Below are positions 33,765 to 43,384 of a stretch of 64,000 bases of DNA, piece after piece (the first letter of the stretch is position 1; every line of letters starts with the position of its first letter). The position numbers were made by a program, and so were the translations under genes. Location: positions 1-64,000 of the IMG/VR virus record IMGVR_UViG_3300037471_001473; one strand, written 5' to 3'. Source of the DNA: a virus (Duplodnaviria > Caudoviricetes). The notes below the pieces were generated by a model, which saw only the letters and a program-made list of their open reading frames with translations, ran no database searches and had not been told where the DNA came from.

Positions 33765-35251
33765 CACCTTTCGATCTCGTCCTGCAGCGGTACAAGTTCC
33801 CCGACTTCATCGTCCCCGAGCCGCTGCAGATCGACGCCATCAACCAGCTGGCAGTCCTCGACAACGAGGGCTTCTGGCTTGACATGGGGACGGGCAAGAC
33901 CTACTGCTCCACCGTCGTCTGGCTTTACCAGCACCTCACGCGCGGCAAGCGCTGGGTGGTGGTGATGCCTCCGCTGCTGATCAAGCAGTGGATGCGGTGG
34001 CTGCGCTCCATCACCGACAAGGTGACCGGCCGGCCGATCAGCGTCGTCGACTACCGCGGCACGCCGGCCGAGCGCCGCGACAAGCAAGCCGCGCTGACCA
34101 CCTGCCAGGTAGTCCTCGTCGGCATCCAGATCTTCAAGAAGGAGTACGCGGTCTTCCAGCGCGCCTTCGGCAGCGAGGACTACTTCTTCACCGTCGACGA
34201 GCCCACCGCCACCGGCGTGTCCGGCCTGGGCAGCGATGCCCACGACAAGTGCTACGAGTTCAGCGTCGGCCACAGCCGCGCGCTGCTGTGCGGCAACCCG
34301 AGCGACCCCGGCTACGCCTACCCGCTGGCCAAGTTCACCGCACCGGGCTCGTACCGCAACTTCAAGCACTACGAGAACATGCACGTCGACGAGCGCGACT
34401 TCTTCGGCAACGTGATCTCGTGGAAGAACCTGGACGTGCTGGCCGGGGTCATGAAGACCAACTCGGTGCGCATCCTGTACGGCGACATCTACAAGGACGT
34501 CGACGCCCCTCTGTTCGACCCGCTGCCCTACGACCTTGAACCGGCGCACCAGAAGCTGTACCGCAAGCTGGCCGAGGAGGAGATGCTGAAGGTCGGCGAG
34601 GGCAAGCTGGACGCGACGACCCAAGGCAAGCTGGTGCATGCGCTGGGCCAGATCGTGTGCAGCTGGGGCCACTTCAGCGGCGACCCCAAGGACGTGTCCA
34701 ACGCCTACAAGCTGGTGCAGCAGAAGCTCGACGAGCTCGGCAAGAAGAAGCTGGTGGTCTTCACCAACTACCGCCTGACGGTGGCGCAGCTGGTCGCGCA
34801 GTTCGCCAAGGAGGGCGCCGTGTTCGTCAACGGCGACGCGACGCCGGCGCAGAAGGAGCGCGCGGTCGACCGCTTCATCGAGGACCCCTCGTGCCGGCTG
34901 ATCGTGATCCAGTTCAAGTCCGGGGGCTTCGGCCTGGACGGCCTGCAGCACGTGTGCCACCACATGATGTTCCTGGAGCCGTGCACCAAGTCGACGACGT
35001 TCCACCAGTGTGTGGCGCGTCTGCGCCGCAAGGGTCAGAAGAATCGAGTCTGGGTGGGCTTGGCTATCGCCAACAAGACCAACCAGCCCCGCGGGTTCAT
35101 CAACCTGCTGTCGAGTGACGCAATCGCAAATCAGGTAATCCGATCCGAAGGCGAGCTCCGTGCCGCGATCTTCGGCGAGGACGAAATCGACTGGTCAGAG
35201 ATCAAGCAACACCTGGCGAAAAACTCCATTGCAATACCGGAGGCCGCATGA
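33761..35251 (+). CDS. SNF2/SF2-like helicase with degenerate motifs (496 aa)
   Basis: Walker A DMGTGKT, motif Ia VVVMPPLL, II VDEPT, V SGGFGLDGLQ, VI QCVARLRRKGQ. Confidence 0.85.
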   Translation: MTPFDLVLQRYKFPDFIVPEPLQIDAINQLAVLDNEGFWLDMGTGKTYCSTVVWLYQHLTRGKRWVVVMPPLLIKQWMRWLRSITDKVTGRPISVVDYRGTPAERRDKQAALTTCQVVLVGIQIFKKEYAVFQRAFGSEDYFFTVDEPTATGVSGLGSDAHDKCYEFSVGHSRALLCGNPSDPGYAYPLAKFTAPGSYRNFKHYENMHVDERDFFGNVISWKNLDVLAGVMKTNSVRILYGDIYKDVDAPLFDPLPYDLEPAHQKLYRKLAEEEMLKVGEGKLDATTQGKLVHALGQIVCSWGHFSGDPKDVSNAYKLVQQKLDELGKKKLVVFTNYRLTVAQLVAQFAKEGAVFVNGDATPAQKERAVDRFIEDPSCRLIVIQFKSGGFGLDGLQHVCHHMMFLEPCTKSTTFHQCVARLRRKGQKNRVWVGLAIANKTNQPRGFINLLSSDAIANQVIRSEGELRAAIFGEDEIDWSEIKQHLAKNSIAIPEAA

Positions 35252-35559
35252 TTGTCACTGTCCCCTACCAACGCTCCCTCTGGGAGCGTTTGTTCACTCG
35301 TCTCGATGGTCGTTGGCAGCCCCGCGTCAAGCTGGGCTGGACCGTGGTTGCGGTGCGCCGCCGCACGGCCGACGGCCTGCCGCCGCGCACGATCTGGCAG
35401 GCGCCCTCGACGATGCGGAAGGAAGATAAAGCGCTGCTAGACCTGAACGATCGCTGCAGACGCTTGTCATATCCTGATTCTGGGATCAATATGGGAGATG
35501 AGTGTGGTCAACCCCCGGAGAGCGAAGATGTACTCGGCTTTCAAGGTGATCAGCCCTAA
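35248..35559 (+). CDS. Hypothetical protein (103 aa)
   Basis: GGAGG RBS, ATGA overlap; 3' end overlaps next ORF. Confidence 0.45.
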   Translation: MIVTVPYQRSLWERLFTRLDGRWQPRVKLGWTVVAVRRRTADGLPPRTIWQAPSTMRKEDKALLDLNDRCRRLSYPDSGINMGDECGQPPESEDVLGFQGDQP

Positions 35560-35752
35560 GGGCGAGATGCTGTCGTTGGATCAGGCGAGGGCCGAGGATC
35601 TGGCCGCCAAGTTCCATGGCCACCTCGTGGGGCTCGTGGAAGCCACCATGCCGACCAAGGAAGAACTGATGGCGTATGCTGCCGTCGCCGGGCTCCCGGC
35701 CGACGAGCCGGGTTTGAGGGCTTTTGCAGCGCGAGTCCTGAAACTGCTTTGA
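35498..35752 (+). CDS. Hypothetical protein (84 aa)
   Basis: GGGAG RBS. Confidence 0.55.
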   Translation: MSVVNPRRAKMYSAFKVISPKGEMLSLDQARAEDLAAKFHGHLVGLVEATMPTKEELMAYAAVAGLPADEPGLRAFAARVLKLL

Positions 35753-35757
35753 CGTAA

Positions 35758-35797
35758 TTGGACGGAAGGAAAGGGCGCCGATAGAATCGGCGCCCTT
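35758..35797 (+). promoter_or_regulatory. Candidate sigma70 promoter whose -10 lies in a perfect 12-bp palindrome
   Basis: TTGGAC-18 nt-TAGAAT; AAGGGCGCCGAT-aga-ATCGGCGCCCTT (35771-35797). Confidence 0.6.
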
Positions 35798-35827
35798 GCC
35801 CATCGTCCCCCACACCAAGGTTCCACC

Positions 35828-36322
35828 ATGTCCGACGACGAAGATTTTCTCCCCGCTTCCGAGCACTTCAAGCTGCTCGAAGCCCAGCTGACGGGGGCTC
35901 AGCTGGACCTGTTCCGCCAGACCCGCAACGGCCGTTCCGAGATGGCCTACCCCGGCCGCACGTTCGTGGCCTACCGCATGCGCGACCGTCAGCCCGAGGT
36001 GCTCGACAAGCTGATGGTCAACGACTTCTCGTGCGACGAGGAGGCCGGTGCCAGCACCGAGCTCGTCTCGCTGATCACCGGCAAGCCCCTGGTGGTCAAC
36101 CACGGCCCCGTGCAGGTGTTCGACCTGCCCGTGTTCCTGGCGCTGCCGCTGTCGCTGAAGCTGACCTGGCGGGTCAAGCCGAGCAACCCCGACAAGGGCA
36201 GCCTCGGCTTTCCCATCTACGTGCGCACCATGTCGCGCGCCTCGCACCGCCAGACCGGCGTCGTGCACTTCGAGACCGGCGTCGAGTTCGGTCAGGAGTT
36301 CCCCGAAGTCGCAGCCGCCTAA
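35828..36322 (+). CDS. Hypothetical protein upstream of primase (164 aa)
   Basis: ACCAAGGTTCCACC leader, codon bias. Confidence 0.75.
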   Translation: MSDDEDFLPASEHFKLLEAQLTGAQLDLFRQTRNGRSEMAYPGRTFVAYRMRDRQPEVLDKLMVNDFSCDEEAGASTELVSLITGKPLVVNHGPVQVFDLPVFLALPLSLKLTWRVKPSNPDKGSLGFPIYVRTMSRASHRQTGVVHFETGVEFGQEFPEVAAA

Positions 36323-36333
36323 GGCAGCCACGC

Positions 36334-39300
36334 ATGTCGACCAACAACTGGTTCTTCCACTGGCAAGCAGTGGGGGGCGAGGACGAGTGGCGGCTGGACC
36401 TCGCGGCGAATCGCGAAGCGATCGTCGCTCAGAAGCGTCCGGCGTTCGTCACTGTCCTCGACCTGTCAAGCGTCCCCGACGACGGGGATTGGTCCAAGAC
36501 CCATTACCGCGGCCCCCTGTACTTCGACTTCGACGCCGACGGCGACCTGCCGCTCGCGTGCTCGCAGCTGCAGGTCTTCCTGGGCAAGCTGGTCGCCGAG
36601 TTCGACTTCGACCTGAGCCAGGCCCGCCTGTTCGCCTCCGGTGGCAAGGGCTTCCACGTCGAGATCCCCGCTGAGTGCGTGCTGCCAAAGGTGCCGCCCA
36701 ACGGCATCGCGTGGCTGCCCTACATCTACCGGGCGATGGCCGAGAAGATGTTCGTCGAGACGATGGACATGCGCGTCTACACCGGCAAGCGTGGGCGCAT
36801 GTGGCGCACGCCCGGCGTGCAGCGCGACAACGGCAACTACAAGGTCCAGCTGAACGTCGAGCAGGCGATCGGCATCGACGAGACCAGCTACCTTGACCTG
36901 GTCTCCAGGCCCAGCCCTGTGCTGGCCACGACGCCGCCGTTCTGCAACAGCAAGCTGGCCATGCTGTTCCAGCAGGCCAAGGACAACGTGACCACGCAGA
37001 TGCGTGGCAAGAAGAAGCGCCTGGAAAAGGCCAACAAGTTCCTGGAGCCGTGGAAGCGCGCCGGCGCGCACCCGCCCACGATCGAGATGATCATGCGTGG
37101 CGAGAAGATCCGCGAGGGCGCGGGCTTCCACCCCATCGCACTGCAGCTGTCGATCTACGCGACCAGCGTCGCGATGCCGCTCGACGAGTTCCTGGCCAAG
37201 TGTGAAGGCCTGTGCCGCAACCACATCAGCGACGGGCGCCGCTACAACACCTACGAGAAGCGCGTCGCCGAGCTCGCCCGCATGTGGCACTACATGGAGT
37301 CCGACTCCCTGTACGATTACGCCAGCGAGCCGATCTATGCGCTGGTCGAGAAGGGCACCTCCTGCCCCGACCTCGGCGTCATGGACACCGAGGACCTGGA
37401 GGACCAGCCGACCAAGGCTGCCACGCCGGTCAACCGCAACGAGGTGGATGCCGAGGACGGCGACGTGCCGGCCATCCCCTCCGACGGCAGCACCCCGGTC
37501 GAGGTCGTCGATGCCCACCAGGGCGTGCGCAAGGGCTTCTTCATGAATGCCTACGGCATGTGGAAGCGCAAGGAGGATGGCAACAACGACTCGATCTGCC
37601 GCGCCACGCTGCGCAAGGTCGAGGCCTTCCATGACGTCGAGAGCCTTGAGTTCAAGGGCTACGAGTTCGACATCGTGGTCAACGGCAAGGTCACCTCCCG
37701 CGTGCTGCTGGGCGGTGACGCATTCCAGTCGGCTCAGTCGCTGCGCAAGTTCTTCATCGCGCACCAGTTGAGCTACCAGGGCGGTGAGCCCGAAACCATG
37801 GCCCTGTTCGACATCATGAGCGAAAAAGCAAGCCGCGGGGGCCGCTCCTACTCGTATCCGCGCGAGGGCTTCTTCATCATCGACAACCCGGCCGCCAAGG
37901 GCCGCGAGCCGGTGAAGGTCTACCTGACGCAGGACACCTACCTGTCCAGCGTGCCTGAAGACGCTGAGGACCACTTCAAGCTGCGCTACAAGAACGGCAT
38001 GGCCGCGAGCAGCTACAACATCGACATCCACCGCGCGCCTGAGCTCTGCGAGGATCACGTGGACGTCTTGCACTCGCTGTTCGCCTTCAACAAGGACGAC
38101 GTGGTGGCGGACATGGTGGGCTGGTTCGTGGCCTGCCACTACCGGTCGGTCTACGGCTACCTGTTCAACCAGTTTCCGCTGCTGCAGGTCTACGGCGAGG
38201 CCGGCTCGGGCAAGTCGCAGACGGTGCTGGCCCTGGCGCAGATGCACTGGTACTTGACCCCGATCAGCGTGAAGTCGGCGCTGTCGTGCACGCCCTTCGC
38301 CATGGACGTGCATGCCTCGACGTCGACGTCGGCGCCCTTCATCCTCGACGAGTTCAAGCCCCGCGAGTTGAAGCGCACCGCCAACCGCTACGAGAAGATC
38401 AAGGACGTGTTCAAGGCCGCGTACCTGGGAGGGGACATCGGCGAGCGTGGCACGGTGAACAAGGGAGCAGAGAGCCAGCTGGCCATCATCAAGAGCAAGG
38501 CCACCGCGCCCATCGTCTTCATGGGTGAGGCGATCGAGATGGAGACCGCGATCATCGAGCGTAGCGTCTCGGTGAACTGCTCCAAGGCGTACCACACCAA
38601 GGAACGCACACGACACTTCAACAACATCAGCGACAACCCGGAGGCGCTGTCGGCGTTGGGGCGCGAGCTCGTGGAGATGGGCTTCGCCTTGAACCTGCAG
38701 TCGATGAAGAAGGAAGTGCGCGCGCTCTACGCCCAAATCGAGGCGACGCTGCCCGACCATGACGACGCCGTCCAGAAGCGCGCGGCGCCGCGCATGATCT
38801 TCAACCGGGCCATCGTGCTGCACGGCCTGCAGACGTTGAAGGCCGTGCTGCAGCGCCGGTTCGGGCCCGAGTTCGACGCGGACATCGACCGTCTGGTCGC
38901 GTCCAAGTCCAACGAGTCGTCTGCTGAATATGCTGCGGTGCAGATGCACTCAATGTCGGAGATCTCCAAGGTGGTCAACCGCCTGGCACTGCTGTCGCGC
39001 GACACGGACGTGCCGTGGAAGCTCAACGAGGGCACCGACTACCTGTCGATGGATGGCTGGATCGAGATCAAAGTGGAGCGGTCTTACGACTGCTACCGGC
39101 GTTACTGCCACGCGATCGGCGACACCCCGCTGTTCGACAACGTGGACCAGTTCCGCTGGGCCTTGGCCGCGTACTCGCCGGTCGTCGACCGGATCTGCCC
39201 GAGCAGCGCGCTGCGCACGGAAGGGTCGCAGGAGAAGATCGTGCGCATGGATCTGCGGGCGCTGCGAAAAGAAGGCGTTCAGACCTTCTTCACCCGTTGA
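36334..39300 (+). CDS. Primase-helicase: AEP primase/polymerase fused to a P-loop helicase (988 aa)
   Basis: AEP motifs YFDFDAD and SGGKGFHVEI; Walker A GEAGSGKS, Walker B FILDEFK. Confidence 0.9.
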   Translation: MSTNNWFFHWQAVGGEDEWRLDLAANREAIVAQKRPAFVTVLDLSSVPDDGDWSKTHYRGPLYFDFDADGDLPLACSQLQVFLGKLVAEFDFDLSQARLFASGGKGFHVEIPAECVLPKVPPNGIAWLPYIYRAMAEKMFVETMDMRVYTGKRGRMWRTPGVQRDNGNYKVQLNVEQAIGIDETSYLDLVSRPSPVLATTPPFCNSKLAMLFQQAKDNVTTQMRGKKKRLEKANKFLEPWKRAGAHPPTIEMIMRGEKIREGAGFHPIALQLSIYATSVAMPLDEFLAKCEGLCRNHISDGRRYNTYEKRVAELARMWHYMESDSLYDYASEPIYALVEKGTSCPDLGVMDTEDLEDQPTKAATPVNRNEVDAEDGDVPAIPSDGSTPVEVVDAHQGVRKGFFMNAYGMWKRKEDGNNDSICRATLRKVEAFHDVESLEFKGYEFDIVVNGKVTSRVLLGGDAFQSAQSLRKFFIAHQLSYQGGEPETMALFDIMSEKASRGGRSYSYPREGFFIIDNPAAKGREPVKVYLTQDTYLSSVPEDAEDHFKLRYKNGMAASSYNIDIHRAPELCEDHVDVLHSLFAFNKDDVVADMVGWFVACHYRSVYGYLFNQFPLLQVYGEAGSGKSQTVLALAQMHWYLTPISVKSALSCTPFAMDVHASTSTSAPFILDEFKPRELKRTANRYEKIKDVFKAAYLGGDIGERGTVNKGAESQLAIIKSKATAPIVFMGEAIEMETAIIERSVSVNCSKAYHTKERTRHFNNISDNPEALSALGRELVEMGFALNLQSMKKEVRALYAQIEATLPDHDDAVQKRAAPRMIFNRAIVLHGLQTLKAVLQRRFGPEFDADIDRLVASKSNESSAEYAAVQMHSMSEISKVVNRLALLSRDTDVPWKLNEGTDYLSMDGWIEIKVERSYDCYRRYCHAIGDTPLFDNVDQFRWALAAYSPVVDRICPSSALRTEGSQEKIVRMDLRALRKEGVQTFFTR

Positions 39301-39325
39301 CACTTTTAGAAGACGAGAGCATAGT
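39297..39325 (+). promoter_or_regulatory. Candidate sigma70 promoter
   Basis: TTGACA-17 nt-CATAGT. Confidence 0.6.
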
Positions 39326-39393
39326 CCTGCCCCACGCTCTGCTCTCCTTTCAACCCAGTGGGGCGTATCAACGACGAAGACATAGGAATCATC

Positions 39394-40182
39394 ATGGCAC
39401 TGACCAAGACCAAGCCTGACACCGAGAACGCCGCCGCCAACATCCCGGCCGGCACGTTCGAGGCTCCCGACGACGAGACCCCCGCGGCCGCCCCGGCTGC
39501 AGCGCCGGCCCCGGCGCCCTCGGCCTCCCGCGAAGTGGCGCAACGCGCCTCGACCGCGGTGCAGACCAACGTGATCGGCAAGTCGCCGCTGATCGCCCTG
39601 CGCGACCTGATCGGCCCGGCCGAGCGCGAGACGATGGGCTTCGGCACCTTCCCGCGCATCACCGTCGGCACGGACGGCTACGCGCTGGACAAGTCGAAGC
39701 CTCTCGGCCCGCGCATCCAGTTCCAGCTGCTGTCGTGGAACCACCTCTACATGGTCGCGACCGGCGAGAACAACAACGCCGAGGCGAACAAGCTGATCAA
39801 GACCTCCCACGACGGCGTCACGCTGATGGGCGGCGAGGGCAGCGTGGAGGCCTACGTGGCCAAGCTGAAGGCCGAGGGCTACGACAAGGCGGCGTGCAAG
39901 CCGTACATCGAGCTCTACGGCTACCTGATGGCCTACATGGAGTCCGACCCCAAGACCAAGCAGCTGAACCGCGTCAACGTGCCCGAGGACGAGTACACGC
40001 TGCACATGATCTCGCTGCCGAAGACCTCGGCGGCGCAGTTCCAGGCCTACCAGCTGCAGGCGGGCCTGAACGTGGCGCGCGGCATCACCGGCGACGCCTC
40101 GATCCTGGTCATGGACTCGGACGTCAAGGTCAACGGCGCGAACCGCTACGGGCAGGTGAAGTTCCTGCCGAAGTGGGCGTAA
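39394..40182 (+). CDS. Possible ssDNA-binding/annealing protein (262 aa)
   Basis: Position between primase and exonuclease; Pro/Ala linker then a beta-rich domain; no diagnostic motif recognised. Confidence 0.4.
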   Translation: MALTKTKPDTENAAANIPAGTFEAPDDETPAAAPAAAPAPAPSASREVAQRASTAVQTNVIGKSPLIALRDLIGPAERETMGFGTFPRITVGTDGYALDKSKPLGPRIQFQLLSWNHLYMVATGENNNAEANKLIKTSHDGVTLMGGEGSVEAYVAKLKAEGYDKAACKPYIELYGYLMAYMESDPKTKQLNRVNVPEDEYTLHMISLPKTSAAQFQAYQLQAGLNVARGITGDASILVMDSDVKVNGANRYGQVKFLPKWA

Positions 40183-40238
40183 GCCGCTGAGGGCGGGCCA
40201 CTTGGCCCGCCCACAACACCACCACCTGGAGAAAGAAG

Positions 40239-40421
40239 ATGAACGTCAAGATCGGAAAGAAAGTCGCGTTCCAGCGACGCAACGGCCAGCGCGCCGTGGG
40301 CAAGGTCACCGCTGTCGACACCGGCACCGCCAACGGCGACTGGGTCACCGTGAACACGGCCGAGCCGCGCAAGGCGCCGCAGCTGACCAAGCTGCGCCCG
40401 TCCCAGCTGAGCGCCGCCTAA
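40239..40421 (+). CDS. Small basic SH3/KOW-like protein (60 aa)
   Basis: GGAG RBS; hairpins on both sides (40191-40212, 40435-40456). Confidence 0.65.
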   Translation: MNVKIGKKVAFQRRNGQRAVGKVTAVDTGTANGDWVTVNTAEPRKAPQLTKLRPSQLSAA

Positions 40422-40484
40422 GCGGCTTCAGGCCATAGCCGCCTACCCGGCGGCTATCTCAAGAAGCCCACAACCACCAAGGCC

Positions 40485-41195
40485 ATGCGCAAGATCTTCA
40501 TCGCCGACACCGAGACCGCCAGCATCGACGGCGGCATCTGCGACCTCGCCCTGATCCAGGTCGACGAGGAGTTCAACGAGCTCGGGCGCATGGAGCAGCT
40601 GCTTGACCCGCTGCGACCCATCCTGCCGGCCGCCCAGGAAGTCCACGGCATCACCAACTCGGACGTGGCCGACCAGCCCACCGCCGCCGAGTTCCGGGAG
40701 ATCTACGGCAACCCCCTGGCCATCGGCCCCGGCGACGAGCTCATCATCTTCGCCCACAAGGCTGCCTTCGACACGGCGCGCCTGGAGGAAGACGGGTTCC
40801 TGGTCAAGCCGTACACCGCGGTGTGCACGCTGCGCTTGGCGCGCAACCTGTGGCCCGACGTCGAGGACATCGGCGGCAACCACAAGCTGGGCACCTTGGC
40901 CATCATCAACAACATCCCCCGCGGCACCGCTCACCGGGCCATGGGCGATTGCGAGACGCTGCTGGGCCTGCTGCGCCACATCACCAGCGTCAACCAGTAC
41001 GACTCCTTCGACCACTTCGTGCAGACGGCGCTGGCGCCGCTGTCGGGGGAGACCAAGATTTCCTTCGGGAAGCACCGCGGCTGGAAGTTGAAGGACCTGC
41101 CGCGGTCCTACGCATCCTGGATCTGTGCGCAGAGCGACATGGATCAGGACCTTCAAGCAGCGCTCCGCGCGATCTTCAACTTCACCACACCCTGA
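40485..41195 (+). CDS. DEDDh 3'-5' exonuclease (ExoX/DnaQ-like)
   Basis: FIADTETAS, AHKAAFD, HRAMGDC; C-terminal ISFGKHRGWKL. Confidence 0.92.
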   Translation: MRKIFIADTETASIDGGICDLALIQVDEEFNELGRMEQLLDPLRPILPAAQEVHGITNSDVADQPTAAEFREIYGNPLAIGPGDELIIFAHKAAFDTARLEEDGFLVKPYTAVCTLRLARNLWPDVEDIGGNHKLGTLAIINNIPRGTAHRAMGDCETLLGLLRHITSVNQYDSFDHFVQTALAPLSGETKISFGKHRGWKLKDLPRSYASWICAQSDMDQDLQAALRAIFNFTTP

Positions 41196-41205
41196 GAGAG
41201 AAACC

Positions 41206-41436
41206 ATGGCCCAAGCCAAGACCAAGTACGTCGCCACCGATGGCACCGAGTTCGACACGGAGCTCGAAGCCGACACCCGCAACGCCGAGATCTCCGAGAA
41301 GGGCACCATCGAGGCCTACTGCGAGCACTCCGGTCTCGCCAAGGCACAGAAGGGCCTGCTGCGCAAGCACCTGGCCGGCTTCATCGCCTTCCGCAACGCG
41401 CAGAACACGCCCCCCGCCGGCGGCGCCGAGGCCTGA
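41206..41436 (+). CDS. Hypothetical protein (76 aa)
   Basis: GAGAG RBS; YVATDGTEFDTELEA. Confidence 0.7.
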   Translation: MAQAKTKYVATDGTEFDTELEADTRNAEISEKGTIEAYCEHSGLAKAQKGLLRKHLAGFIAFRNAQNTPPAGGAEA

Positions 41437-41454
41437 TCCATCGCGGCAGTAAGG

Positions 41455-41477
41455 AAACGACCCCACGGGGTCGTTTT
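41455..41477 (+). terminator. Rho-independent terminator-like hairpin
   Basis: AAACGACCCC-ac-GGGGTCGTTT-T. Confidence 0.65.
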
Positions 41478-41490
41478 GCATGGAGGCAAG

Positions 41491-42534
41491 ATGTTCCCCG
41501 ACAACGTCACCGAGTTCAGGCAGCTGGTCGTGCAGGCCGCAGATACCCTGCGACGGGACCTGCTGCTCGCCACGGGCTCCGACAACGTCAAGGCCACCCG
41601 CTACGACACCGGCACCTGGACGCTGCCTGGCATGTCCTGCAACCTCAGCGTGGGCGGCGTGCCGCTGCAGCGCCTGATCCAGCTGATGTACGCCCACAAG
41701 CCCAGCCGCACGGTCGACGTGCTCAACGCCTGGGACGCCATCGCCGCAGCGATCCTGGAAGGCTCCAAGCCGCGTGTGCGCCTGCTTGTGGCACAGTTCT
41801 TCCCCTGCTTGCCGCTCGTGCCGCCGGCCTACTCGCTTGAACTGCCGGCCGTCCAGTGGCTCGAAGCCGTGGGCTGGAGCATGGGCACCATCGAGCGCGG
41901 CCGCGACCTGATGCGCCTGCACATCGACAACCACCCGCCCATCGGGTTCCTGCGCAGCGTGCTCTACACCACCGCCGGCATGACGCGCCGCCGGCGCGGC
42001 TCGCCGGACGTTCGCGCCGCCCTCACCACGCGGGGCATGTCGCGCACCCTGACCGGCACGCTCAAGATCAACGCCGTCTTCGTCGCGCTGACACAGGCGT
42101 TCCCCGACCAGGCCCACGCCCTGCGCGTGTTCTTCTCCCTGGTCGTGGCCGCCGGCGCCGACGTGCAGCGCGTGGTGACCGAGACCTTCGACATCGACGT
42201 GCTCGGTCTCGACGAGACCGAGGCGGTGTGGAAGCAAGCGCGCGAGATGGTGCTCACCGCCCAGATCAACCCGCTGGTGAACCTGGGCGACCTCCTGATC
42301 CCCGTGCTGGGCACGAAGGAGTTCTGCGCCCACTTCGGCAACTACCACCGGCACGTGCGCGAGGACAAGCAGACGGAGATGACTGACGCGATCCGCGGTC
42401 GCTACCTGCTTGCCCTGGACAAGCTGGAAGCCGGTGCGCGCGTGCTGCGCCCTTGCAACATCGCCAGCCGCGAGACCGAACAACAACGCGAGGCCGACAG
42501 CCTCCTCAACTTCTGGAGCCCCCATGCCCGATGA
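41491..42534 (+). CDS. Hypothetical protein (347 aa)
   Basis: GGAGG RBS, codon bias; no family recognised. Confidence 0.8.
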   Translation: MFPDNVTEFRQLVVQAADTLRRDLLLATGSDNVKATRYDTGTWTLPGMSCNLSVGGVPLQRLIQLMYAHKPSRTVDVLNAWDAIAAAILEGSKPRVRLLVAQFFPCLPLVPPAYSLELPAVQWLEAVGWSMGTIERGRDLMRLHIDNHPPIGFLRSVLYTTAGMTRRRRGSPDVRAALTTRGMSRTLTGTLKINAVFVALTQAFPDQAHALRVFFSLVVAAGADVQRVVTETFDIDVLGLDETEAVWKQAREMVLTAQINPLVNLGDLLIPVLGTKEFCAHFGNYHRHVREDKQTEMTDAIRGRYLLALDKLEAGARVLRPCNIASRETEQQREADSLLNFWSPHAR

Positions 42535-43075
42535 AGACTACCCCCCGCTGATGTGGGTCAGCGAGGGCCTGAAGGACCCGCTGCAGAACGCTGACGAGGA
42601 CCGGCGCACCGCCGAGCGCCGCGTCAGCAGCAACCCCAAGAGCGCCTACGGCAACGCCAAGCTGCCCCTGCACCTGTGGCCCGAGGAAGCGACCGCCGCG
42701 GGCTGCCTGGGCATGCTGGAGGGCGTGCTGAAGTACGGCATCGACAACTACATCGCCGGCGAGGGCATCGTCGCCAGCGAGTACGTGGCGGCCTGCAAGC
42801 GGCACATCGACCTCTGGTTCGCCGGCCAGGACAGCGCCATCGACACCAACAACCCTCACCTCGGCAACGCCCTGGCTTGCCTGGCGATCATCGTCAAGGC
42901 TCAGGCGCACGACCTGCTGATCGACGACCGGCGCTACGAGCCCAACCCCGGCGCCTACCAACGGCTGGTCGACAAGCTGACGCCGCAGGTCACCCACTTG
43001 AAGCAGCTGTTCAAGGACAAGTTGCCCAAGCAGTGGACGCGAGCCGACAACAAGGTGCCCAGCGATGGCCAGTGA
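42524..43075 (+). CDS. DUF5664-type (dATP/dGTP diphosphohydrolase-like) protein (183 aa)
   Basis: KSAYGNAKLPLHLWP...GVLKYGIDNY...ACKRHIDLW...HLGNALACLAII. Confidence 0.8.
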   Translation: MPDEDYPPLMWVSEGLKDPLQNADEDRRTAERRVSSNPKSAYGNAKLPLHLWPEEATAAGCLGMLEGVLKYGIDNYIAGEGIVASEYVAACKRHIDLWFAGQDSAIDTNNPHLGNALACLAIIVKAQAHDLLIDDRRYEPNPGAYQRLVDKLTPQVTHLKQLFKDKLPKQWTRADNKVPSDGQ

Positions 43076-43325
43076 CCTGCCCGAGAGCGAGAAGCTCGCC
43101 GACGACTCCGACCGTGCCACCGTCACGGAGATGGAGTTCACCGACGAGAGCATCCGCCGCGCGCGCAAGGCGACGCAGCAGATGCAGAAGCCCCGGCCCG
43201 ACGGCACCTACGCCCAGACCGATTGCGACGACTGCGGCCTGGAGATCGGCGAGGAGCGCCTGCGCCTCGCCGCGGCGAACTACTTCTGCTGGCACTGCGC
43301 CACGAAGCGGGAGAGACGCCGCTGA
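43065..43325 (+). CDS. TraR/DksA-family C4 zinc-finger protein (86 aa)
   Basis: DDSDRA (DxxDxA) tip, CDDCGLEIGEERL...CWHC. Confidence 0.88.
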   Translation: MASDLPESEKLADDSDRATVTEMEFTDESIRRARKATQQMQKPRPDGTYAQTDCDDCGLEIGEERLRLAAANYFCWHCATKRERRR

Positions 43326-43384
43326 CCTGACCCCGAACAGGGCCCGCGGAAGCGGGCTCTCCACTTCCCCACCAAGGACTCACC

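Noticed and set aside
35771-35797. N4-type virion RNA polymerase hairpin promoter
   Set aside because: Stem is much longer than those promoters, the site is not repeated, and no vRNAP gene is in view
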